NCBI GenBank assembly: GCA_043228905.1
Contig: JBHGNT010001119.1
Coordinates: 1 to 11,866 of the forward strand
Reading direction: 5' to 3'
DNA length: 11,866 bases
Origin: Azolla caroliniana
Lineage: Eukaryota > Plantae > Polypodiophyta
Part shown: in pieces, positions 1 to 8,943 of the stretch
Numbering within the stretch: the stretch's first letter is position 1
How the letters are laid out: every line of letters begins with the position of its first letter
The notes under the pieces: generated by a model
What the model was told of the DNA's origin: nothing
Databases searched by the model: none
The model's input: only the letters and a program-made list of their open reading frames with translations
Program-made: the position numbers and the translations under genes

Positions 1-1
1 A

Positions 2-598
2 CAATGGTCGAAGTTGCGAAATGGCAAGCCGAATGCCTACTACACACACTGCAGGAAGGTCAGTCACAACATTGCCGACTGCTGGTCGTATAACAAGTAG
101 GGAAATGGTGGTAAAAAATTCGATCGGAATTTAGGATCATCCAACTCAAACCACCCTTTAACTGACAACTAACTAAATTTTGTTGAATCCCGGTCGGGAG
201 AATTCCTCTCACTCGAAGGCTCGTCCATTGGAGAGATCCAATTCAGTGCACACAATGCACAAACATGGCTACTCGATTTAGGAGCCACATTTCACATGAC
301 CCTCCAATGTGAATGGTTTTCGGACTATTCCATCGAAGCCGGTTCAGTCTGACTGGGCAAAGGGCAAGAGCGTTGAATCATGAGAATAGGTGAGACACCC
401 ATTTGGCTACTGAATGGAAGCATGATCACCTTGCACCACGTTTGGCATGTACCCGATCTAAAGAGGAGTCTGATCTCCATTGGCATGTTAGCCGAAGGCG
501 GGTACAAGACAACAATGAGCGAGTTGTCGTGGTACATTACAAGGGGAAATCTTTGGATCAGCCATGACGTAAAGTACAACAATATGTACTCACTCTGA
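2..598 (+). pseudogene. gag-pol: gag C-terminal zinc knuckle plus aspartic protease of element A
   Basis: Frame 2: YTHCRKVSHNIADCW (41-85) is a CX2CX4HX4C knuckle with the first Cys changed to Tyr. WLLDLGATFHMT (266-301) matches the copia protease WxxDSGAxxHM with S>L. ORF 380-598 has LHHVWHVPDLKRSLISIGML (copia LxxVxxVPxLxxxLISxxxL motif). Confidence 0.9.
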
Positions 599-645
599 TT
601 AGTCAAGAGGGATCACTGAACATATCCGAATTGCTGACAACATCA

Positions 646-1470
646 TTATGGCATGACCAACTCAACCATATATCACAAGCAGGGCTTGAAAGACTTTCGA
701 CACTTGGCTACATCCCTCAGCATTGCCAATAAGGGAAATAGACCCGAAGACTACACTCAATTCATTATGAGATGGTATGACAACCCCTAGAGGTTATTCA
801 CACTAACATCTCTAGTCCGATGCCCAAAAGTTCTCTAGGTGGCTCACGGTACTTCATCACATTCGTTGATGATTGTACACATAAGGTTTGGGCTTACTCA
901 ATTAAGTCCAAGGATGAAGTGCTCGAGGTTATCTCTCGGTGGTTGACTGAAGTCGAAAAATAATACGACTATAAAGTCAAGACACTACGGTCAGACAATG
1001 GAGGAGAATACAACTCCAAAGCCTTCGAAAAGTACCTGTTCGAAAAAGGGATTAGACACCAACAAGCTGTTCCCTACACCCTAATGCAAACTGGTGTAGC
1101 CGAACAGATGAACCGGATGATCCAAGAATGGATAATGGTAATGCTCCAACAATCAAGACTCAAACCTGAAATTTATGCTGAAGCTTTGTAGATGGCAATA
1201 TAGTTGATAAAATTATCACCGTCGAAAGCAATAAAGCTTCAAGTGCCACAAGTACTATGGTCGAGAACACAACCAAACTATGATTGGCTTTGCACATTGG
1301 GGTGCGAAACCTATGCCCACATACTGAGGGAGAAAAGAACGAATGTAGCCCCCCATTCAAGAAAATGTATTTTTCTTGGGTATGGGATGGACGGAAATTT
1401 CGGCTATAGGCTATGGGACCCAAAAAATGGGAAATTGATTCGATAGAGTGGTGTAGTCTTCAATGAAGCC
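646..1470 (+). pseudogene. pol: integrase (HHCC remnant, DDE core, C-terminal region) of element A
   Basis: Frame 1: LWHDQLNHISQAGL (646), HCQ*GK*TR, LEVIHTNI (first catalytic D>N at 805-807), YFITFVDD, LRSDNGGEY (D at 994-996), GVAE (E at 1102-1104, 35 residues after the D), KCIFLGY, GYRLWDP, VVFNE. Internal stops present. Confidence 0.93.
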
Positions 1471-1777
1471 TCCATGGGCTTGGTCTATAAGCAACCTCGA
1501 ACCGGCAAGAGAGTTAGTTTTGACAATTCTTTGACCAAGTTAGAGAACCAAATGCCAGAAGTAGAATTCCAAATGGCTAGCGAGTTGACTAGTTCAGCTG
1601 AATGAGCACTCATAGAGAGAACTCCGAGCAACTTGCCGACTAATCAACCCGAACCGGTGGCGACACATGCACCTTATGATTCCATCGTGGGAACAAGTTG
1701 GTCGAATAACCTCAAAGTAGAAGAAGCATATCCTTCGACAAGATCTCTCCATTGAACAAGGGTTCAAATCACGCTAA

Positions 1778-1852
1778 CTAAACATGTGTACCAATTGAAG
1801 AAGATGAACCGATGGTGCTGAACATGTGTACCAATTGAAGAAGATGAACCGA
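1778..1852. repeat. local tandem duplication, period 40 bp
   Basis: AACATGTGTACCAATTGAAGAAGATGAACCGA is identical at 1781-1812 and 1821-1852. Confidence 0.95.
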
Positions 1853-2197
1853 CACCATCGACACTAAGGAGATCAAGATGAGTTGGAAAGCCAACAAAGT
1901 TTTATCAATTGGGCTTGGACTATGTCTTGAGATCAAAGTCGACAACAACCGGTTTATACTCTAGCGTATGTTGGTGGAAAGATTTGAACAAGAAAAATTG
2001 GAAGCAGAAATACACAAGTACAGTGACACAAGATGTTTTACGTGGAAAACCCTAACAAGGAAAAACCACGGGAGTCCACAGACTCCAAACTATCTCACTA
2101 TGTGAAAGGAAATACAAAGAGACTCCTAGGCAACAACCTTGGGTTCATCTTCTTCACCAGATGGTGGGTACAACAGAGATGTAACAACACGATCTAA

Positions 2198-2246
2198 CTC
2201 TCTCTGTCTCTCTCTGTCTCTCTGTCTCTGTCTCACGCTCTCTCTC
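2198..2246. repeat. imperfect (CT)n/(CTCTGT)n microsatellite inside LTR C
   Basis: ctctctctgtctctctctgtctctctgtctctgtctcacgctctctctc. Confidence 0.9.
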
Positions 2247-2304
2247 ACACTATCACACTTTTACAAGAATATGAACATCATACCAAACGTTTTTTTCCTA
2301 GTTA

Positions 2305-2312
2305 TATTTATA
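2305..2312 (-). promoter_or_regulatory. putative TATA box of LTR C
   Basis: TATAAATA on the minus strand, about 200 bp into the LTR and upstream of the GA-rich region. Confidence 0.55.
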
Positions 2313-2510
2313 CTTATATAACATTCGGGCTTCTTTACAAATATGGCCTAATCAGGAGTTTCACAAAACCTATTTACATATGTGGCCTTTTCCAGACGCC
2401 TATTTGGACTTGATCCGGACACGGATCCGGATCTAGGTCCAACATTTCTTCTCCTTTGGATCCAACTTGTGTTCTCCTTCCCATCTGGAGGGACCTTGTT
2501 TCCCAACAAA

Positions 2511-2520
2511 CTCCCCCTTC
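2511..2520 (-). other. polypurine tract of element C
   Basis: Minus strand GAAGGGGGAG, overlapping the pol stop (TGA 2521-2519) and followed by TT-TGTTGGG. Confidence 0.88.
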
Positions 2521-3862
2521 ACTCCGGCATGGGGTGGTTCGTTAACCCGACTCGACTTCGACATGCGTTCAACCTCTTTTCCGACAACACTTTTGTCAGC
2601 ATGTCCGATCTGTTCTCCATTGTGTGTACCTTTACTAGAGAAAACTCCTTTTTTTTTACCCTCTCCCTGAGCCAATGGTATATCCGTTGGATGTGCTTAG
2701 TCCTCGAGTGGTATGTGACATTTTTCGCAAGGTGAATGAGACTTTGGTTGTCGCAATATAGTCGGAATTCTGCTTGTTGAATCCCCAACTCTCCTATAAA
2801 CCCCTTCATCCATATTATTTCCTTGCCGACTTCTACAATTGCCATATACTCCACTTCCGTGGTGGATAATGCTACAACCTTCTACATCCTCGACTTCCAT
2901 GAGACGGCTCCCCTTGCATAAGTCATTACATACCTCGACGTGGACCGGCTAGTGTCTACATCAACTGACATGTCGGAGTTGGTAAAACTTTCCCATAAGG
3001 GGTTACCTGAACCGAATTAGAGGCATACGCTCGAGGCGCATTTCAGGTACCGAAGTATCCAATTGACCAGTGCCTAGTGCTCTTTGCCAGGATTGCTCAT
3101 GAATCGATTGACGACTCCGACTGCATATTTGATGACCGGCCTGGTGTAGACCATCACATACATAAGGCTTCCGACTACTGAGGTGTAGGGTACCTTCATC
3201 ATCTTAGCATTTTCCGCCTTCGTCTTTGGACTTTGTCTCCTAGATAGGTTGCCGTTTGTCGGCAGTGTCGACCCGACCGACTTCATGTTTTGCATGCTGA
3301 ATCTCAAGACCACTTTTGTCACGTACTTTTCTTGTGACAACCAGAATAGTCTCTTTGTCCGATCCCGAACAATGTGCATCCCCAGTATTTGCCTTGGTGG
3401 ACCCATATCCTTCATTGAGAATGACCTGCTGAAGGCATTCTTCAGCATTCCGATCTTCATACAGTCCCGTTCGACAATTAGCATGTTGTCTACGTATAAC
3501 ATGAGGATTAGGAAGCCTCCTCTGTCAAACTTCTTCATGAACACACAGTGGTCGGCCTGTGTCTTGTGGTATGCTTGGTTGGCCATGAAGGATTCGAACT
3601 TCCGGTACCATTGTTGGGGAGCCTGCTTCAGTCTGTACAGACTCTTCTTCAATCGGCATACCAGGTGCTCCTTTCCTTTCTTGATGAATCCTTCTGGTTG
3701 TTTTATATAGATTTCTTCTTCAATGTATCCATGTAGGAACACCGTCTTGACATCCAATTGTTCGACTTCAAGGTCCTTGCTGACCGTCATGCTCAACACC
3801 GTTCAGATGGATGTCTTCTTTACTACTGGGGCAAAGATCTCATTGAAATCCACTCCCTTGTG
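2519..3862 (-). pseudogene. pol: reverse transcriptase + RNase H of element C
   Basis: RT motifs: KGVDFNEIFAPVV, QLDVKTVFLHG, IYIKQPEGF, LKKSLYRLKQAPQQWY, LYVDNM (YVDD>YVDN, 3485-3496), FSMKDMG, PYTSVVGSLMY, TRP. RH motifs: WILRYLK, FTNSD, AVSWKSR, VALSTTEVEY, CDNQS, HSRTKHI, NRSDMLTK. One reading frame broken by stops (ORFs 3074-3799 and 2519-2854). Confidence 0.96.
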
Positions 3863-3874
3863 TCTGATTTGACA

Positions 3875-4125
3875 GTGATCTAGTACGACAAACTCAACAA
3901 TATCCAATTAGAGAAAAACCTCGTCTTCCATGCTTGGACGAAGCACATCGAAGTGCACTACTACTTCGTGCATGAGCATGTTCTCTCTAGTGAAGTGGAA
4001 CTAGTGTATGTTTCGAGGATCGACAGATGGTCAACATCTTCACCAAGCCCCTTGGTCTTGACAAGTTGCGACAATTCTCGGGCATGCTTGGGTTAAAATA
4101 GCTCGACTAGCCGAACTTGAGGGGG
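3875..4125 (+). pseudogene. pol: RNase H C-terminal part of element B
   Basis: VI*YDKLNNIQLEKNLVFHAWTKHIEVHYYFVHEHVLSSEVELVYV, frameshift near 4020, then RQMVNIFTKPLGLDKLRQFSGMLGL..PNLRG. Matches copia CDN...NPVFHARTKHIEVHYHF...QxADIFTKxL...LRG. Confidence 0.92.
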
Positions 4126-4491
4126 ACAGTCGAAGTCGAAGAGAGACCTAACGAGAGAGTAATTGAATCGACTGAGGAAGCCGAATCTGAATTGGACAGG
4201 AGAACGACTGGAAGAAGATTAGCTAAGGGAAGACCAACCAATTGTAGGGGGGGTGGAACAAGTGAGCCAGAGCCACCCGAATACAAGGGGAGAACCTGTG
4301 AGAACAAAGCCAGGAAGACTTGGGCTAATATAGCCAAAGGTCAATTTGAAGACGAATCGGAGACACCCAATTCAGACAAGAGCGGGAACAATTTGGAGAT
4401 AGCTGATTCGGTTGAGAGGAATGATTCGGATGAGCCGGATCATATTAGGGCCAAGCGGACGAGAAGACAGTTGAAGACGATGTCGAAGTGA
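4117..4491 (+). other. open, charged low-complexity extension in frame with RNase H of element B
   Basis: The 124-codon ORF continues the RH frame set at 4021. Only TAG codons at 4099 and 4108 separate it from RH. It is E/R/S/T-rich. Translation is unproven. Confidence 0.45.
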
Positions 4492-4668
4492 GAGAATCGA
4501 TGGATCGATGGGCGCCGAAGTCACCGAGGCCGGAAGAAGGCTAATGAGGGCCTAAGGAGCAGACAAGCCGACCGGACGGGCCGTGGAGCGCGAGCAAGGA
4601 GGCGTGAAGCTAGGAGAAGTTGGAGCGGTGGATCAACTAAAGCTAACAAGGAACCTCAAGTTGAGCTT

Positions 4669-4677
4669 GAGGGGGAG
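4669..4677 (+). other. polypurine tract of element B
   Basis: GAGGGGGAG immediately followed by TGTTGAGA. Confidence 0.88.
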
Positions 4678-5081
4678 TGTTGAGAGACAAGATCAACATG
4701 AGCTAGATCGGTTGGAGAAGCCAACAATCGAGTTGGCTGAGGAAGATCGGCTAAAGAAACTGACAACCAGATAGACTAAGAGCCGATAGGTTGGAAGAGC
4801 CGTTAGGGCCGAACATAGTATTAGGAATATTATGTTCAGATATTGTTAGGTCATCCTTTATGAGCATTCAAGTACTTGCCAATACTTGTGTCAACCTTTT
4901 GTTAGGGCTTGTATATAAAGTGCTCTGTAAGCCATTTGTATGTCCCGAGTCATATTTTTGAATAGTAATTTTTTTTTCCTCCTCTACTTAGTCTTTCCAT
5001 CTCTCTCCCTTTCTGTGAATACCTAACTGTCTATAGGTGTCCGCCTGAGCCAGCTGTGTCTATTGTTCAAGAGCTTTGACA
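4678..5081 (+). repeat. 3' LTR of element B (~404 bp; right end tentative)
   Basis: Starts TGTTGA right after the PPT. TATATAA at 4912-4918 is followed by a pyrimidine-rich stretch. Best end is TTGACA at 5076-5081, an imperfect inverted repeat. Confidence 0.7.
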
Positions 5082-5391
5082 TCTAATTAGTTACAATAAA
5101 GAACAGAGCCCGGTAAGGACCTTTGAGATCACTCCATATCCCCGAATTTTATTCAAGCTTCTCAAGGAAAACATCAAAGTCTTAAAGAAGAAGTGATGAT
5201 GTTTTAAGTAAATGCGCGAACCATGTCTACGTTGAACCCGAGAGAAGAGTACCTAAGAGATTGGGTCGATAAAAATCATTAGAATAGCATTAGGGCTATA
5301 GTTGGATTTGATTTATAAACTATTAATAGCACATCCCATCAAATTTGTTTGGTAGACAAACCTTAGGCTCCAGAATATTAGGGGCTTAAGA

Positions 5392-5440
5392 AAGGTTGTC
5401 ATTTTCAATTTGGTGTTTCTTGAAGGTTGTCATTTTCAAT
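5392..5440. repeat. 18-bp direct repeat
   Basis: AAGGTTGTCATTTTCAAT at 5392-5409 and 5423-5440. Confidence 0.9.
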
Positions 5441-6845
5441 CTAGATATGTTCCAAGATTGTCCATATGGTTTAGGTTATAGGTGGAGTCAAACATGATAA
5501 TACTTAAGAAGGGAAAGGGGAATAATTTGTCATGGATAGCTAGAGCAGAGTAGAAAAGGGACAAGATATTGAGAGAGAATAATAAATTTTACTTATGATT
5601 CCGTAACTAGTGTTTTTCACCTTGATTGGGATTAAGATGAATAAACATATTTATTTGTGTTTGCGAGAATTGCATGTAGGCAAAGAATATTTTGAAAATT
5701 TGTATGCACTTGTACCAAAACTTTCTATAACTTTCCAGAGATTTCTAGAATGACAAAAATACTCTAAATGTATAAGCCTTATCTTGTAATCACATGATGT
5801 ATGATATGCATTAGCCATGAGACTTGGTTATGCCATGGGAAGTTAGAGGTTTGATTCTTATCTATGACACCTAGCTTACCTCTCGTTGGGGAATCATTCA
5901 ACTAATATGTGAAGATTGTAATTTGTGGCAAGCTTGGGTTAATACTAGGTATGACTCAAAGCCGATAATGGTGGTGTAGGATGTTGTTCATGGGTCGGAT
6001 TTATCTTGATCCCTTTGCTGGTTGGGTGTATCAACACAACTATTTCTCTCTTTGTCTCTTTATTTTCTTACCTATTTTTTCATTTTCATGCTTACATGAG
6101 ATATATGAGTGATACCTAACTGCCATCTTCTCCTAAGAGGGAAGCCACACTCACCGATAATTGCTTGTCTAGTAGGCATGTTTAGCTAAACCTTCTATTA
6201 TAAAAATGGATAGATGATCTCTCTCAATCATCCACATCTATAAAAATCCTTGCGTTACAAGTCATTTATGGGGCCAATTTTGTGAAGGATTGTAAGCCGG
6301 ACTGATAGAATATTGAAACATGTCGGACATTGTTTATTACACACACCATGACTAACATATTAAAATCACAATGGTCTGCTCCTCCAATCATAGACGAAAA
6401 ATGTAGCAACAACTCTATCTCAACTACCAATAATTGACATAGAATGTGTTCCCATTTGTGATTCATTGAGCCCCACAAAATGGATAACTCTTTTACTTTC
6501 TAACCACCAAAACCCCCCTAACCCTACATTACTCTTTTGCCTTGTTAACATATTTTTAATTTTCTTTGAAATAGTTAATAAATTCTAACAAAAAAAGCAC
6601 TAGCACGAGACGGAAAAGCTTTGAAAAAGCCATTTCTCCATTGCTTGGAGTCTTAGGAGGATGGATTCTTTGTCAAAGTGTTCCCAATCAAGTGGGTAAA
6701 TTTGATATAGAAAAATGATGGGATTGATGCAAGTTTACGGAATGTAGGAGATTTTGTTTTGAATCAACCCGCGAAAGATAGGAACAAGGCCATCTTTGTT
6801 GAAAAAACCCCTACTTTAGGTTTGGTATGCATTTTAATTGAAACA

Positions 6846-6952
6846 TATGGGTTGAAGTATTGGTTCATTGTGATATTATTAACAATCTCCGCATTTCAAA
6901 TGAAAGAGTATGGGCTTAAGTATTGGTTCATTATGATATTATCAGCTATCTC
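6846..6952. repeat. diverged direct repeat, 44-bp copies, period 63 bp
   Basis: 6846-6889 versus 6909-6952, 38/44 identical by eye. Confidence 0.85.
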
Positions 6953-7200
6953 AAAGGTCATGTTGCACTTTGGAGAGTGAAATAGGTCTTATACAATCTC
7001 CTTTCAAAACGAGGAGGTTCTTAGCTTCATACAAAGGAACCTAACAAAAACGGAAGACTGTAAAACTAGGGAAGCAAAGACAAAGGAAAGAGAAGTTGAA
7101 CTAATTGATATTCTTCATGTTACCTTATGGCACATACAAGAGCACACAATGTAAGACGCTTGTAGATTGTATACTTTTGTATATTTGATATTTATGAAAA

Positions 7201-7274
7201 ACATCTTATAGATGTAAATAAATATTCAATATTTATTTCTCGTAAACATATGGTGCAAGTTTTAAACTTGCACC
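7201..7274. repeat. cluster of three palindromes
   Basis: ACATCT-tat-AGATGT (7201-7215); AAATAAATATT-c-AATATTTATTT (7216-7238); GGTGCAAGTTT-t-AAACTTGCACC (7252-7274). Confidence 0.9.
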
Positions 7275-8033
7275 TATATATTGGGAAACATTCAAGCAAT
7301 AGATAATGTAGAAGATATTGAATTGTAGAGATTTGTGTGTTGGGATTTAAACCAAGTCTCGCAAGAAAGTCCTTTTATCTTCTTCCTTAAGGTTACTCTA
7401 TATAGGCTTCTAACCTAAGTCCTTGATATCCCTTCACAAACTTATTGCATTCATCTCCTAGGTCTAAAATTAAGGAGGTTCCATTCAGGCATGCATGAGG
7501 CTAACACTATTTTGCATGACAACTTGAGAATTTGGACATTGTAGTCATTGGAGGAGAGATAAAAGAAGATGTAAAAAGATGCAAAACAAATGATGGCTCA
7601 AACATTAAGAGTTAACCATTGTTAACAAAAAGAGAGGATTTTAAGCCCACTATACATGATTGGAAGAAAAGGGATAAATCTACAACGAACAAGGACAAAA
7701 TCAAAGCAATCAATAAGGATGAATGTGAAACATGTAGTTTTGGTCAATCCAAGCTCCCATGCAAGACAAAAATGAGAGGTTCATGTTAAAGGAAGAGCGT
7801 TGCACCAAAAGTGGAGAAAAAGGAGAAGCTAGTCACACTCAATATGAGAGTTCATGTAAGAGCTTCAAAATGAGAGATAGAAAGAGCTCATTCTTAGGTT
7901 CACGACTTGTAGGAGAATTTTTTCGAAAGCTTGGACATTGAGGAGAACCCATATAGGAAGTTCTTCACAAAGGTTTGCATGATAGGCCTACGATGATTGA
8001 GGTGTTGGAGATGTTGATTATAGACTCACCATG

Positions 8034-8943
8034 AGATAGATAGATTGTGTTATCGTCTTCAAAGTCAAATATGAGACAAAAAATATTACATTTTCATGTA
8101 ACATGTATGTGATAGTGAGTAGAGAATCTTGATATTCAAGAACTTGACTAATGAATGTTGTATTCAAGAGAGCACACTATGACTGTGAGAGAAAATCGTG
8201 CAAGGATTGGGTTTAGTCTAAGATGTGTGGAAAGCATAATCGAATGTGATTATAGCTAGAGCATTAAATTATAGTGTAATATTGAGACTCCTAAACTTGT
8301 TTCAATCAAAGAATGGATAATTGACTACTCTCATCACTTGTTCCCCAATGACTCATCTTACATTGTAGAGCGTGTGAGCTAAATCTCATGGAAGCAATGG
8401 TTTGGATGGTTGAGAACGGGATGGGCTCTAACATGTATTGATGTGTGTGGTTCCCTTGATCATCGAAGAATCTGGTTTGTAATAAGCTGAAACATATGTA
8501 GTATAATGTGTGAAGCATAAACATGCGCGTCTGTCATGTCATGATACATTGGCATTGTGATAATACCTCATTTATTGAGTAATCTAGCAAATTTGCATCA
8601 TGAAGCAAGTGTGTTGCATCCCATCTTCCAAACTATTTTTCCATATCTTGCATCCAACCAAAACACACAATTTTTCTTTTATCTGTCTTTTGGATATTTT
8701 AATTATTTCTCATGCAATTCTCAGAAGTCAACGTGAGAGATGTTTTTGAACCTTAAGCATATATTCTAAAACTGTTTCCATGGCCACGATCTCAATTGGA
8801 GGTGATATTGTCTCAAGAAGTACAAGGGTGTATGACATTTGCTTCTTGACTTGAAGAAACTTTCTAAGAAAATGTTGTTGGACATTTTCAAACTCTTTCT
8901 TTGTGGACTTAGTGATGCTAACACCCCATACTTGCACACCTTA
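8034..8943 (-). mobile_element. 5'-truncated non-LTR retrotransposon (LINE; RTE/RTEX-like post-RT region with C-terminal CCHC remnant)
   Basis: Minus strand: *GVQVWG...FENVQQHFLRKFLQV...VLLET..PIE (YGxEVWG...ExVQxxFLRxxLxV motif), *LLRIA*E, GWMQDM, IASMRFSSHALQCKMSHWG (RxSSHxLxxExGxW), LSIL*..ESQYYTII*CSSYNHIR (decayed C..C..E.E.H....C..Y..IR), SLHDFLSQ. It ends in an (ATCT)3 tail at 8034-8046. The clade call is tentative. Confidence 0.8.

Larger units (their letters stand above)
1..1927 (+). mobile_element. Ty1/copia element A, degenerate internal fragment (gag end-PR-INT-linker), Tnt1/Tork-like, truncated before RT
   Basis: Domains occur in copia order (zinc knuckle, protease, integrase, then linker LRRSR*VGKPTKFYQLGLDYV ending ~1926), with many stops and frameshifts. 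The 5' part lies outside the window. The lineage call is by motif resemblance only. Confidence 0.93.
1969..2508 (-). repeat. 3' LTR of element C (~540 bp)
   Basis: TGTTGG at 1969-1974 and CCAACA at 2503-2508 form terminal inverted repeats, 2 nt from the PPT. It contains a TATA box, a (GA)n tract and a CCCGTGGTTTTTCC...GGGTTTTCCACGTAAA motif (minus, ~2037-2072) typical of plant copia LTRs. Confidence 0.85.
1969..3862 (-). mobile_element. Ty1/copia element C, 3' half (RT-RH-PPT-3' LTR), Tnt1/Tork-like, 5'-truncated
   Basis: The minus strand reads RT, RNase H, stop, PPT, then a TGTTGG...CCAACA LTR. Homology to RT stops near 3862. Confidence 0.93.
3863..5081 (+). mobile_element. Ty1/copia element B, 3' fragment (RH C-terminus, extension, PPT, 3' LTR); different lineage from A and C
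   Basis: RH motifs from ~3875, PPT at 4669-4677, LTR starting TGTTGA at 4678. Confidence 0.88.

Noticed and set aside
1969-2444. Shorter boundary for LTR C ending at the CCAACA at 2444
   Set aside because: The canonical GGGGGAG PPT adjacent to the pol stop places the LTR edge at 2508.
3249-3736. Plus-strand ORFs of 153 aa and 62 aa; likewise 325-606, 1160-1423, 2382-2735, 2433-2675, 2467-2670 and 2697-2900
   Set aside because: Antisense or off-frame shadows of copia pol, with no independent motifs.
4107-4337. Hydrophobic antisense ORF as an env-like gene
   Set aside because: It is short and antisense. Its Leu/Ser/Pro content follows from the purine-rich opposite strand.
5808-5870. tRNA-derived SINE (B-box-like GGTTTGATTCT)
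   Set aside because: No convincing A box, cloverleaf, tail or TSD.
7252-7290. Helitron 3' end
   Set aside because: A hairpin is present, but there is no CTRR terminus at the expected distance on either strand.
7540-8030. Purine-rich segment with a 60-aa ORF (7759-7941)
   Set aside because: No recognisable motif and frequent stops. It may be decayed TE sequence but I cannot assign it.
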